Source: Lepidodermella squamata
Taxonomy: Eukaryota > Animalia > Gastrotricha
Reading direction: 5' to 3'
Length of the DNA stretch: 64,000 bases
NCBI GenBank assembly: GCA_047495785.1
Contig: JBLDXI010000030.1
Coordinates: forward strand, 248,001 to 312,000
The notes under the pieces are model-generated. The model was not told the DNA's origin, did no database searches, and saw only the letters and a program-made list of their open reading frames with translations. Within the stretch, counting starts at the first letter, position 1. Each line of letters opens with the position of its first letter. A program made the translations under genes and the position numbers. Below are positions 12,341 through 24,761 of this stretch, piece after piece.

Positions 12341-15300
12341 ATGCGAGAATCATTCGCGATTGCGATACTGTTTGTGCTGACCTGCGACATGGTGCTATGC
12401 GGCGACTGGGCTCGCTGTTTCTCACAATTCGACGACACATTCACTAATTGCCGAGAGCTGCCTAACGGTTGTCAGCAATTGAGCGAATATCAAGTTTGCA
12501 GTTTGCCCAAAGTAATTTTTGGATTTATCTAATATCTTATGCGTTTCTTGATCAGATTGGAAAAAGCCTTTCTGATAAAAGCAGTTGTTCGGCGGCGGTA
12601 GGCTTATTTGAATATTAAATTTGGCCTTTTGTCCAGAATATCTCAAATTTAGACTGCTAGAATGTGCTACAGATATGATACAAAGGCAACAACATGTCGA
12701 CCGGGAATACCAGGATGCAGCAAAACTAACGAAGTCATGGCAAGTTTATGCCGCCATAGACGACACTGTAACAGATAGAAAACTATCGATTTTTCCGTAG
12801 TAAAATTATTCGAATTTATTTTGCAAAAAGCGCGGCACGCGACCACTTTTAAGGCAACCAAATCCGGCCGTAATTATTTTTATTTATTTAAAAATGCCAC
12901 ATGTAACTTATTCACACATATTTTGATTTTCTGCCAGTGTTTTTTTTAAGCATGTTACACATGTTACAATGTAACAACCAATCGGAGCAAGTGTAACAAC
13001 CAAAATCGAAGTAACGCATGGAAAAGACTGCTGTAACCTCATTTTTAGGAGGTTTCAGAGCCTTTTCTAGTGGAAAATCCTCAAAAATTCCTCGCTTCGC
13101 TCGTATTATTGATAAAAATTACATTTAATTTTCACCAATGCAGCACAAAAATTTCGCTTTCGAGCGAGGTAACTACCAAAAAATCATTTGTAACAACCAA
13201 TCGTTTGCTTAAAAAAACCCTGTTTCTGCTCAGAAGTACTCACAAATCTAATGATGCCAGTATCATTTCAGGTTCTACGATAGATAATGATTAACAATTA
13301 ACTGAAAGGCCTTTGATTGGCGATTTTTGGTATCCGGTGACTTTTTGAAACTTCTAGAGTTTCGGAATTTCTCTATCCGCCAATATAAATTTTGTCCCGT
13401 AAACATTTCATCTTGATATTCAATATTTTGTTGGCCCAACATTTTTGTTGTTGCTAGAACACTTCTGAATAGAGCAAACCAGCGAATGATCTAAAAGTCC
13501 AATCAACAAGTCGTAAAAATTAAGGAAAATCAAAAGAAACTGTCCACCGGACACATTTTACGTAGGTTCTTTTTCAAATTGTTGCTGGATGGCGGCTCGT
13601 ATAAATTCACAATGTGAAGATCGCCAGTTTCCTATCTGTTACAGTGCTGTCAATTCCGACTACTGTGATAAGCTGCGTCATTTTTTTAAAGTTTTATTGC
13701 ATTTTTGAAACATTATTTTTTTGAATTTTTCATTTATTAAATGACGAGTTCTGTTCTATGGTTCTCTTATTTTAAGATTGGAAATTCCTACAATGGTTAT
13801 ATTCCGTTCAAGATAAATGCTGCGAATTGTACCACGGCTTCTAACTCCTTCATTGTATGAAGAAAAATTTTTACATGCATTACTCATGGAAATATTCTCG
13901 GTTTTTTGAACAGAGTGGAAAATTCGACACGTGTTTTAATTCAGCTCAACAGTTTGTGACCTGCTTTCCTAGCGGACTCTCCTGCCCCAGTGATTCAGTA
14001 TGATAACTGCTTTACTGGTTCCTCGTTGCTGCAATATATCTTATCGTGAATTCAGGTTTTGAAATCGACGGGATTTCTGAGCCTGGACGCATGCCTGCGA
14101 AGTATCAACAGTGAGTTCACCGCATGCCATATAGACAGGGTTAGTTTTGTACCTCGAATTCAGGCGAACAAGCTGACTCTGTGAAGCCGCACATTCGCTG
14201 CTTCAACGCAGTCACTCGTCAATTCACGGCTTGCCGATTGAGCACATTGCGATGCATCGCAAACGAGACCGCTGAGTTCTCTACTGGGGTCTACCGTAAC
14301 AAAGCCAACTGCTTATCATGGGTGAGCAAATTGTTTGACCTTTGGTTGATTACCTAGATTTTAGTAAGAAGTGACTTTTTCCTATATTAGATGCTCGGCT
14401 TTCAATCACTCTTTATGAAAGAAATGTTTATTGATTCTAGCATGACTGTGATTTTGAATTTTAACAGTTTTTTATTTTTTGGGATTGCGCAATGTGCATG
14501 GCTGGAAGGCTGAATTCTGCATCCCCTTACTTTCGTGCCGCGATCATAGGGTAAAAGTGGACTTGAAAAAATGCGCGGTCTTGCGCTAATGTCGCGATTT
14601 GCGCAATCATTTATGGGGCCCTGCGCGAACCTAAGGGACTAAGGGGATCCGAAATTGAGTAGTTAGGAGCCTTGAAGGACCATAATAGGCGGAGACTATA
14701 CTAATATGTATACCCGCAAATAAATATTTTCCAGTTCGCTGCGTGGTGTCGAGCGGGCAGTGCCGATCAGTGTTACAACCAATGCCCTGCAGGATCTCAA
14801 CGCGTAAGTATATGATCGCCGATCCCAATATTGGCTCAGTCTTTGTTAACAGCTCGTCATTTATTCTGCATCTCGTGATTTTGCTAGCAACTACGCCAGT
14901 TGTTTGGCCGACTTAGCTCAGAAAGTATATACATGATTAAGGCGGTCTTTTGAGATTTTTTCGTGAATCTCTTCACAGCTTCAGTGTGTAAACGGCATCT
15001 ACAATCCAGTGACACGAGCTTGCGACTGCTTCTCCGGATTCAATGGGACATATTGCGAGAAAAGTACTTGAGTTATTTTTCCATTTTCCAGCCAAGCTAA
15101 AACAGGACTCTATTTTTTCAAATCGACCGTTTGTTTTATTGCGTCGAAATATTTTTACTTTTTACCGTTCACAGTTCTATGCACGCTGAATTGCCTAAAC
15201 GGTGGAACTTGTGTCAATAATGGAACCGTAAACGTTTGCAACTGTACCCGTGGATTTACAGGCTTGGATTGTAATGGTAAGTTGGCGAGATGCATAATCA

Positions 15301-16317
15301 TAAGTTGAAGATAACGCTGTTTGCGCTCGTCACGGCTAGTCACAGCTGCCTCAACAAAGCTGGTCCTTACGGCAGAGAGGCTTTTATTTTTTAAAGCCAT
15401 TCGTCAGTGCAGGCTGCTGGGAGGGGCGCTTGCGAAGATCATGACAAACGCCGATCTTTCTGCTGCAAAAGATATTGCCGGCGGGACTATGGTTTGGTTC
15501 AGCGGGCAAAGCGTATGGAAGTGGGTGGATGGTGCGCGGTTCGTCTGGAATGTGGCAGACAGCGCCAATGATTCAGAGATAACACCTGGCTTTTACACCC
15601 CGCCGGGTCTTACTGCTTCTGTGGCTGGCGGATGTAATTCTCACCTTTCCATCGTCATATTGTTCTGTAAGGATCAACTCAGATTGGTGTTTTCTGACTT
15701 TTTGCAGGCATCGCTCTGGCATCCGATGCAACATGGTCAGGTTACAAGATCATTTCTTGCGAAGAAAAAATGGCCAACATGGCTGCATGCCAAAACGAAG
15801 TGAGTTCGCCGCTCTCTTGGGTGCCTGGTCTATTTTCTGTGAACAGGCTGGTGCGATTACAATTTCGCCGAGCTCAGCTATGACTTGGATAGACAATCAA
15901 GTGGCATGCAATCAAACGGGCTCGAGTATGCTGAACTTGAAAACAACACAATCTTATGCTCAAGCGGTATCGCTGATGAAGGCTCAGTCGGTAAACGTGA
16001 TATACGTCGGCGCCAATCGCCCGGTGCCTGAAGGTGAGCGTGATCGGCAAATGCATTGATGCCTTGATCGTTAATGATTTTATTTGTTCAGCCTACAGCT
16101 CGCTTGATAGCGACGAAATCCCGACAGATATTCTAAATCTTGGCTGGAGCGATCCTAAAGACGGGCTGCGCTTTCCCTGTGAGATTCCACAGATTTTATC
16201 GCAATTTTCGCTTAGTTCTATTTTGCACTTCACATAGTTATGTATTTGGAAAGCGGTGAAGTTTATACTGTTTCCATGTTTCCACGCTTCAACGCGCTTT
16301 GCTCGATCCCAGTGTAA
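12341..16317 (+). CDS. Secreted multi-exon protein: about 5 copies of a 4-Cys ~45-aa repeat, 2 EGF domains, 2 C-type-lectin-like domains (copy X)
   Basis: Signal peptide MRESFAIAILFVLTCDMVLC. Many micro-exons are conserved with the paralogue at 20285-23635, with mostly third-position differences confirming the frame. EGF CVNGIYNPVTRACDCFSGFNGTYC and CLNGGTC..CNCTRGFTGLDC; CTLD motifs CRLLGGALA..VWFSG..WKWVDG and TWIDNQVAC..IYVGAN; stop TAA 16315-16317. Confidence 0.75.
12764..13646. mobile_element. Non-autonomous TIR (foldback) element in intron 3 of gene X
   Basis: CACTGTAACAGATAGAAAACT at 12764 vs AGTTTCCTATCTGTTACAGTG ending 13646, with degenerate extension to about 50 bp. Absent from the paralogous intron at about 20682-20774. 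No clear TSD. Confidence 0.65.
12935..13222. mobile_element. hAT-like MITE nested in the 12764-13646 element
   Basis: TIRs CAGTGTTTTTTTTAAGCA / TGCTTAAAAAAAACCCTG; TTTCTGC flanks both ends. The internal segment at about 13068-13103 is the reverse complement of a segment in the MITE at 45949-46198. Confidence 0.6.
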
Positions 16318-16819
16318 TATTACGCTCAACGGCATGCAATAACAGTGCGATCGATATGCAGAAACTTTATGCCTCCCTAAAAAATGTTAATTATATGTTG
16401 AAATAATGTGCTTAAATATAGAATTGTCTTACAACTTAAAATTCTGAATCGGTGTGACGGTGAAGAGTACCCAATGCAAAGTTGACTTTCAGTCGGACAA
16501 TTTCAGAAATAAAAATAGTAATTCGATAACCGATGGCTACATGGTTCATTTGTATTTATCCATGTTTTACTTACTTACAACGGCATATACCCCTAGGCAA
16601 AGTATATGTTAGGGCTATATGTAATTATATGTTTACATATTTTACATATTGGACAGTTGATTTTCACATATTGGACACTTGATTTTTTAAGGAGGAGCTC
16701 ATATTGGACAGTTGTCTATTGTTCAGACCCGTGAAACTCATGAAACCCAAGAAACCTGAGGCACCCAAAATAGCTTTATTATTCAAAATCAAACAATCTC
16801 TTGGAAAACCTGGGGCGGC

Positions 16820-18490
16820 TCGAAAATCTGGCAGCATTCACCCCTGATACCAAGAAAATCGAGAAGCATTCGGCCCCAATTTCGAGAAAATCGAGCTGCA
16901 TTCGGCCACAATTCAGTGAAAATCGACCAGCAGTCAGCTCCGACCCGCACAGAAAAAACTGGGTGGAAAGACGACATTTTACATGGCAGAATGTTACATG
17001 GAAACTCAGTTCATCTGGCTCCAGGGAACAAGCTGTAAATCTGTTACATGGAACAATTGCGTGTTTACATGGAACATTACTAATACTGGTTCCACCCTCA
17101 TTCCACCCTAGTTACACCTTATACCACGACCCTGTCCTAGTTTCTGTTTCCACCCGATTTCATGAAACACGACAAGTCCGTTTGAAGTTTTGTTTATTAA
17201 GCACATGCCTGATAAACACAAGTCGAAGACAGCTACATTCTGCAAGTCAGGATAACAATTTAGACTTGAGCGCCAACATAAGCAACAGTCACACACCAGC
17301 ACGCGCACAATGGTGAATTCAAGAGCGCAAAAAGACGTTCAGAATTTTAGAAGAATATCCTCGTAAATGCTTACAAGATAGACTGACAATACGATAGAGA
17401 GAATAAGAAAGTCGGAAGAAAATGCCATTTACCAGATTGACGAACAGATTCACAACATTCAGTGTTTTCGTCGGCTTCGTCCCCTTGCTTTCTGGCTCTC
17501 CAGTCGCAATTTTCCTCGGAAGCTCGCATCATCAGCTGCTTCTTGATTCTTGATCTCCCGAATTTCCGTAGTTGATACTTCAGGCTCGTCTGTTTCCGTA
17601 ATTTTCGCATAGGTAGCTGTCACCTTTCGATACTATCTGAAAGATCGGTCGGTCATCTGAAACGAGCCGGAAACTTTTCTGTATTCACTAAAATTCTCCG
17701 AGAAAATTCACTAACCTTGGCTGCCGTAAAAACACCTCGAAATTTAGGACAAATCTTCGCATGAGGAATTAAACTGCTTGTCTTACACAAATTAAACATG
17801 AATTCTAAAAAGAAAATTCATTAAAAATTGCGTTAGGAACAAAAATAATAATCATTAGAGACAAGTTAGAACAGATTGCAAACAAGTTGTGACAAAATCA
17901 TAGAGAATTGCGCCACGTGCAACTTATTTTGCCAAGTTCAAATTTTTGAATCAAACGGACCTCGGCGTGGTGTCACTTGCAAACGGCACGTTGAGGCTCA
18001 GGCTTTAACAGTAGAACGCATGCGAATATTGGTTGGAATGCGGAATGTAAAGGCGACATTTTTCCATATTATTCCACATTGTTCCACGTTAGCAAAACTT
18101 CGTGTATTCGCATGGAAAAATTGCGTAGTTACATGTCATATTTTGGGTGTAATCTCGACTAAATTGCATCTGCCTTTGATTTCACCAAATTACATGTAAA
18201 CACCTCACATTGCATCGGCAATTTTTCACGCAACTCCATGTAAACCTGTGTAAGCGCGCAATTATGTAGCCATGTAACAACAACATCCATCTCGTTACAC
18301 CCGCAGATACATGTAAAAATCGCTCCTTTACATGTCAAAATGTATTCTCTACACTTTATTACACCCAGTTTTTTCTGTGCGGGGATGTCGATAAAACCCA
18401 GAACTCCACCGGGATAATTGCGAAATCCGAGCAGCAGTCGCCCTCAATGTTGAGAAAATCGCGCAGCATTCCTCTTGGATCCTGGAAATT
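16820..18490. repeat. Degenerate ~32-bp minisatellite (about 7-8 units) split by the 16944-18383 insertion
   Basis: Units like GAGAAAATCGAGCTGCATTCGGCCACAATTCA at 16820-16943 resume at 18384-18490 (GAGAAAATCGCGCAGCATTCCTCTTGGATCCT). Confidence 0.65.
16944..18383. mobile_element. CMC/EnSpm-like non-autonomous DNA transposon nested in the 16590-18933 element
   Basis: Perfect 22-bp TIRs CCCGCACAGAAAAAACTGGGTG / CACCCAGTTTTTTCTGTGCGGG; 2-bp TSD GA; subterminal TTACATG repeats at both ends; interrupts a 32-bp tandem repeat. Confidence 0.8.
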
Positions 18491-19404
18491 GTCAAAACGG
18501 CGCCGTATTCGTCTTGTTTTCCGTGCCATTCCATCAGCCTTTGTTCCTGGCTCCAACTGGTTCAACGGCACTCTTCCTCGAACGGGATCGATACCATGAT
18601 TGAGCTTGAGATCGACAATGACCAGATCGGCGACTAGTTGCCATGAGTCGAATTCACTCGCCAGATTCTTCATTCGCCATTGTGCGATTCTTCATCGTAG
18701 CAGCGTGCCAGTTTGACGCAAAGATCCGGCGGCAAAAAAGCAAGAGTGAAAATCAAAACGAAAATCGACCGAATGAGCGTTTGATTTAAAAATGGCGAAA
18801 AGCTCGGTTTTTGATGAAAAATTAAGTTGAATGTTTTATTTTCCCATTTTCCATGATTTTTTAACCTTCGCAACGTGGGGCTAGGTATTTCAATGGAGCC
18901 CTGGCAATCGGTAGATGCTACTATGCCTCGGGGTATATGCAAATATTGAACTTAGAGTCGTAAAATGGCAATTTCTGTATAAAATTAAATGAAGAATCAT
19001 AGCGAAGTCATAACAGTTTTAACTTGGCACTGTTGCACTTTTGCAGATCGTGCCTTGAGCTATCGATATTCATAAAAATTAAGTCTGCATCTATCGGAAT
19101 GGCTTGTCCTATTTTTGGCTTTGTAACGGGCGGATGCGTAAAAATGGTGCTTAAAATGCGTTAAAAACACATTTTTTCATGTGACTTTCTTGCATCAAAA
19201 TTATTGATTTTTTTCCTGTCCAGCAGAAAGGTGGCTAGTGTCGAGTCCATAGTATTAGTCCCAAGGTTTTATGGCAGCGAGTGAACATTTTATGATATAA
19301 AAGGGCGTGCAGCGTGCACAAGCAGGCGTGAAAAAGTGTTAGTAAAATCGAATGTTTTTGTATTTCTAGCAAGCCAAGTTTTAGTAGGCCTCCAACGCAG
19401 ACGA

Positions 19405-19523
19405 AATGTCCTGCTTGAATGCAGTGGTTCGATTTACTGGTAGCAAATCTAGCAGATCCAGATCAGTAGATGTGACTAGCACGGTTAGATGCTACTGTGA
19501 TGAGTAACGTGGACATAATTCAT
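19405..19523 (-). pseudogene. Truncated, frameshifted 5' remnant of the class C GPCR
   Basis: CCTGCTTGAATGCAGTGGTTCGATTTA..CAAATCTAGC matches GPCR exon 1 at about 11390-11500; the rest of the gene is absent and the frame is broken. Confidence 0.75.
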
Positions 19524-20284
19524 TGTGTCATCGATGCTCCACTCGATCCAGTCGCCTTTTCGCCGCGGCTGTTTAACGAGAGGAAGTGAGAGAAAGCATC
19601 CTGTATTGAATGCATGGTTCAAAAGAGCGACAAACAATAACAGGAATCCAAGCCAGAAATTGGTCGATCCACTCCTTCTCATTGAATTATGAACTTCACA
19701 GCTTCTCGATACCGGCTTCAAAAATAGAAACTATAATTTTTGATCCAATAACCGCATTTTTCATGATTTTGTTGTCCATAATTGCCAAAAATGTGGATAT
19801 TTTTAGATGTGCGCTTGTGAAGAAAGTTTCGCCGTTCAAAAACATTCGCATAAAATTACGCTGAGTTCAGAGTGGGACGTTTATGAGCTAGAGATACTCT
19901 CACATCACTGAATCCCACTAAACATCGCCAGTGTGCAGGAGAGAAATTGCTATGTCTCGCTGAATGAGTATTTTCGGCTCAGAAACAATGAAAGTTCCAT
20001 AATTTGGCGAAAACAGCTAAGTATCCAAAAAATTCATCTATAAAAGAGACCAAGCTGGTTTTGTTGTTAAAAGACCAGAAAATAACATGGTCAGAAAAAA
20101 TCATTAACCACGTGAGGAGAAGAGGCACGCGTGTGTTCAGTTACTTATTTCAACAGTGTGACACCTGGTGCGCGATAGAATTGTTGTAAAATAAATCTCA
20201 TTCATTTATTCAAGAAACTCATTTTGAATTCTCTAGTAACAAGCTCTTGGCATATTCAATTTCTTCAATTTTTCTTTAGGGCAA

Positions 20285-23200
20285 ATGCGAGAATTATTGG
20301 CGATTGTGATACTGCTTTTGACAGCCAGCAAATGGGGGCTTTGCGGTCAATGGGCTCGCTGCTTCTCGCAATTCGATGACTCATTCAATGATTGCCGCCA
20401 ATTGCCTATCGGCTGCCAGCCATTGAGCGAATATCAAGTGTGAACTTTTATATTTCAGGATTTGATTAATTTCTAATTATTTGCTTTCTCCCTGGTCAGG
20501 TTGGGGGCAGCATTTCTGATAAAAGCAGTTGTTTGAAAGCGGTAGGCTTATTTGTCCAGTTTTTGTGGCTTTATACCAGTTTTTTTCCATGCAGACTGCT
20601 AGATTGTGCTACAGATATGACACAAAGGCAGCGACATGTCGGCCGGGAACACCCGGATGCGACAAAACTACGGAAGTCATGGTTAGTTACTGCCTTGGTA
20701 ACTTAACTCTTGAATTCAAACATCGTACCCATGTTTCAGGTAGAAATTAAGAAATTATGTGAAATTAATTTCAGATCGGAAATTCTTACAACGGCTACTT
20801 CCCGTTTATCATAAATTTGTCGAATTGTACCAAAGCTTTCAACTCGTTCCCGGTATGAAAAAAATTATTATCATATAGGTAATTTGGATGAAGATGAATT
20901 TTTCCATTTTATATTTTGAATAGAACGGGAGATTCGATACATGTTTAAATTCAGCTCAACAGTTTGTAACCTGCATCCCTAGCGAACTTCCCTGTCCAAC
21001 TAATTCGGTAAACCACGTTTTTTTGAATGGTTGTTATGATATGACTTCGATTGCAGGTGAAAAAATTGAAGGGATTTCAGAGCCTTGACACATGCCTGGC
21101 AAGTATTAGCAGTGAGTTCCATTCCATTTTCATTCCATATAGGTGGGCTGCGTATTGTATTTTCTAATTTAGGCGAACAGGCCGACTCTGTAAAACCGCA
21201 CATCCGCTGCTTCAACGCTGTCACTCGCCAATTCACGGCTTGCCGATTGAACACATCGCGTTGCATCGCCAATGAAACCGAAGAGTTTTCAACTGGGGTC
21301 TACCGAAACAAAGCTAACTGCTAATCATGGGTGAGAAATGCGTTAATTAAAATACCTAGAAAAGTGATTTATATTATTTATTAACTATTTTTTTTCATCG
21401 ATTCACAACTATGCTTTTCCAGTATGCCGCCTGGTGTCGAACAGGCAGTGCCGATCAGTGCTACAGCCAATGTCCTGCGGGATCCCAGCGGGTGAGTTAT
21501 AGTTTGTTGGTCTCTGTCTAGGATTTAGTCCTTGTTATCAGCTCATCATATATTCTGCGTCTCGTGAGTTTGCAAGCAACCACGGCAGTTGTTTAACTGA
21601 CCTAGCTCGGAAGGTAAATTACTCGATCTAGTCTGGTTTCGAAATGTTTTACAACATATATGCAAAGCTTCAATGTGTAAACGGCATTTACAACCCTGTG
21701 ACGCGAGTGTGCGACTGCTATTCCGGATACAGTGGGAATTATTGCGAGAAAGGTAGTTTTTGTAAATTTTGCATCATTTTCAAAGCTCGTTTTATGTTTT
21801 ATATTACGGCTAATGATAAACACCTTACATTCACGATTCACAGTTCTATGCACGCTGAACTGCCTAAATGGCGGTACTTGTGTTACAATTGGAACAATCA
21901 GTGCATGCAACTGCCCCAGTGGATTCGAAGGCTCGGATTGTAGCGGTAAGTTGGCAATATAATGATATGAAGATGCGGGTTGATTACGCCCTTTAAATTA
22001 GTAAACATAAGCTATACTGGATAGCTAGTAATGCTTTTGTTAGCCCGGTGCCCCTAACTAGCGCACAATATTCTATGTAGCCAGTTGCTAGATAATTGTA
22101 ACGAGGCGCGCTACGTAGCAGTTACGTTACTTAGAAGGCTGCGGTTGACGTTAAGCGTATATCGTAAGATTTAGATAAATACAAATACCGTATTTTACGA
22201 ATTATAAGACCCTGCCCTGTATTTTTTCAAACGAGGTTCAAGTCCTGTCCTGTATTTAGGGTCTGCCCTTTATTTCGGCTCTGCCCTTTATTTTTTCGAA
22301 CCTAATCAGTCACCTGAAGAGTACCTAGATCAACAGTCAAAACCGCCGAATAGCCACTATAGCTACTGCCTTCCACCTGTGACTACACGGCTTAAGTGTT
22401 TGCTCAAGAGGATTAAGGTGGATAAAGGGCGATTTGTGCACTCACTGACGAAAAATCTCAACCTATCCAACTCTAACCACTCACCCAGCAGGTGCTCATG
22501 TAAGCCACTTCATACAAGGCCCTGCCTATTAATACGGTTCTGCCCTTTATTGTTTCAAATGACCATTACCCTCTGCCCTTTATTCCGGTTCTGCCCTATA
22601 ATTGGGTCCTGCCTAATAATTCGTAAAATACGGTAAGTATCAATACATAAATTCATATGAAAAAACTGCTAGCTAATGACTTATTTTTACTAGTGTACAA
22701 TTCAGGCCCGGTTGAATCAAAGAATCTGGTCGTTACGGCGGTTCAAGTTACATTTGTTGAAGCCATCCGTGCGTGCCGTCAACTGGGAGGGGCGCTTGCG
22801 CAAATCAAGACAAAAGCCGACTTTTCAGATGCTTTAGAAACAGTTGGCACGGGAAATGTTTGGTTCAGCGGCCACAGCGTATGGAAGTGGCTAGACGGAA
22901 CGCGGTTTGTGTGGAATTTGGCTGACAGCTTTTACTTCACGCCAACTTTTAACAGCGATGTGGAGAGCGGTTGTAAGTATCACAGTTTATTCTGATGAAA
23001 TCAACTCTAAATGGTTTCTTTTTTTTAGGCCTCGCGCTGGCATCCGATGCAGACTGGTCTGGTTTCCAAATGGTTTCTTGCTCGGACGAAATCGTGAACG
23101 CAACGGCTTGCCAAAAAGTTAGTTTGCCACCGCTCTCTTTTGGGTGCCTAGTGTATTTTGCGTGAACAGGCCGGTGTCATTACAATCTCGCCGAGCTCAG

Positions 23201-23635
23201 CTTTGACTTGGATCGACAATCAAGTTGCGTGCGATCAAACGGCCTCTACGATGCTAATTCTCAAAACACAACAATCTTATGCTCAAGCAGTTGCACTGAT
23301 GAAAGCCCAGTCGGTGAGCCGTATCTACGTCGGTGCGAATCGCCCGGTGCTTAGAGGTGAGAATGCTCGGTTGAGTGCGTCGATAGCCGCTCCTTAAATA
23401 CTTTCACACAGCTTACAGCTCGCTTAATGGCGACGAAATACCGACGGATAACACAGTTCTTGATTGGAAAATCAACGAGCCTGACGATAACCTGCTTAAT
23501 CCATGTGAGATTTCACAGATTTGTTGCAATTATTCTTCAGTTCTTCTTTGATCAGACTTGATTTTGAACAACAGAAAAGCTGCTACGTCCAAGAGTTTGC
23601 TCCGAACTAGTGCGCTTTGCTTGATCGGAGCGTAA
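20285..23635 (+). pseudogene. Paralogue X' of the 4-Cys-repeat/EGF/CTLD gene with an in-frame nonsense codon
   Basis: Same exon series as 12341-16317; codon TTA (Leu) in X is TAA at 21322-21324 in X'. The other exons checked remain open and spliceable. Confidence 0.7.
22188..22633. mobile_element. Tc2/pogo-like (Tc1/mariner superfamily) MITE in an intron of X'
   Basis: TIRs CCGTATTTTACGAATTAT / ATAATTCGTAAAATACGG, TA TSD on both sides, multiple subterminal CTGCCCT motifs at both ends. Confidence 0.85.
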
Positions 23636-24761
23636 ACTTGCGCTCAACGTCATGATGTCGGGTCAAATTTCAAATGACTAATGCCACCCGAATAAATCTT
23701 AATTAAATCTTGAACCGATGCTTAACAAGTTTGATGTGAACTCGTGCTATTTATCTGTCAGTTTTAACAAATTGTAAAAACGGGAGCCCAAGGAGCCCCT
23801 GGCTATTCGAGAAGATTGAAATCGTACTCAATGCAAATTCGACCTTCAATCAGATTTTTCGGTGACATTAAAGCTAGTTTTGGATTTATTCTGTGGTTAT
23901 TTTGATTTTTTTTACTCTGGAGTCTGGAGTACTGGAGTCACACTGTTACACTGTACAATTGTTACCTACAAATGCACCCGTACACGCAGAAATGGTTCGA
24001 ATTCTAAGCGCGCCACAATTTCGAGCTTCCATTACTACAATTGCTAAAAGTGCAATTTCAATGACAATTGCTTTTTAAATTTTGATCAAGTGAACGCGAA
24101 TTGGCTGAAAGTTTGTTTTTAAACAAGTTTTTAAACAATGCTAAACAAGTCCGGCATCCGGCTGTCCTTTCTCGAGCTGAAATTTCCTGATGATTTGTCA
24201 CGGCATTGCGATATAATGGTTACTGATAGGCGTCAAGCTTTCAAAATCACTTGGCTTCAGTTTTTTGTTATGCATTTTGAAAGTACTTTCACCAAAGGAT
24301 GATAAGATACTTCCCGATTTTTATCGATATCTATCGCAAATATCCGTTATGCTATGTTATTTATTTCTTATGCCTGGACTACTATATAATTAATGAAACA
24401 TGGTTGATTTGGAGCGGCGGCATTGGAGCTCCGTACCGTCGGTTCAAAATCAAGTTCGTACCAAATCCTCCGAGTCTACTCTGATTAAAAGTAAATAGAT
24501 TATTATTCGTGAAGCCGGATATTCTCTCTCTGATTTTCAAAATTTCCTGATTTTTCTGAATTACTGCGGTGGCTTGTGCGCATAACGTCACGCCAGATCG
24601 ACAACAGAAATTAGGACCCGCGAGCTAGGCAAAACTCGTCAATTCACTCCCCTATAGTTTTTCCGGGTTTTTCTATTGCGCTATAAGCTGGATTGAGAAT
24701 GAGCGGTTTCCAAGATTGTCTGATTACCCTCTTTTATGAAAATAGGCCTTTCAGCTCCTTG

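Larger units (their letters stand above)
16590..18933. mobile_element. Non-autonomous TIR element with CCCC...GGGG termini (outer element of a nest)
   Basis: GCATATACCCCTAGGCAAAGTA (16583-16604) is an inverted repeat of TACTATGCCTCGGGGTATATGC (18919-18940), 2 mismatches. TA/TATA flanks both ends; subterminal direct repeats CATATTGGACA(G/C)TTG x3 at about 16645-16715. Confidence 0.55.
11385..23655. repeat. Segmental duplication: block ~11385-16340 duplicated as ~19405-23655
   Basis: Colinear similarity of the GPCR 5' end, the intergenic region (e.g. TTTTTAGATGTGCG and CCACGTGAGAAGAACCGGCACG vs CCACGTGAGGAGAAGAGGCACG) and gene X/X'. Confidence 0.85.

Noticed and set aside
14483-14625. Short inverted repeat GATTGCGCAA / TTGCGCAATC in an enlarged intron of X
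   Set aside because: Probably a MITE remnant, but no matching termini or TSD could be defined.
16820-18673. 32-bp repeats as a CRISPR-like array, or ORFs 16789..16977 and 18359..18673 as a repeat protein
   Set aside because: Units are adjacent and degenerate with no unique spacers and no cas genes, in a eukaryotic context; the 32-nt period shifts frame, so the peptide similarity is a by-product.
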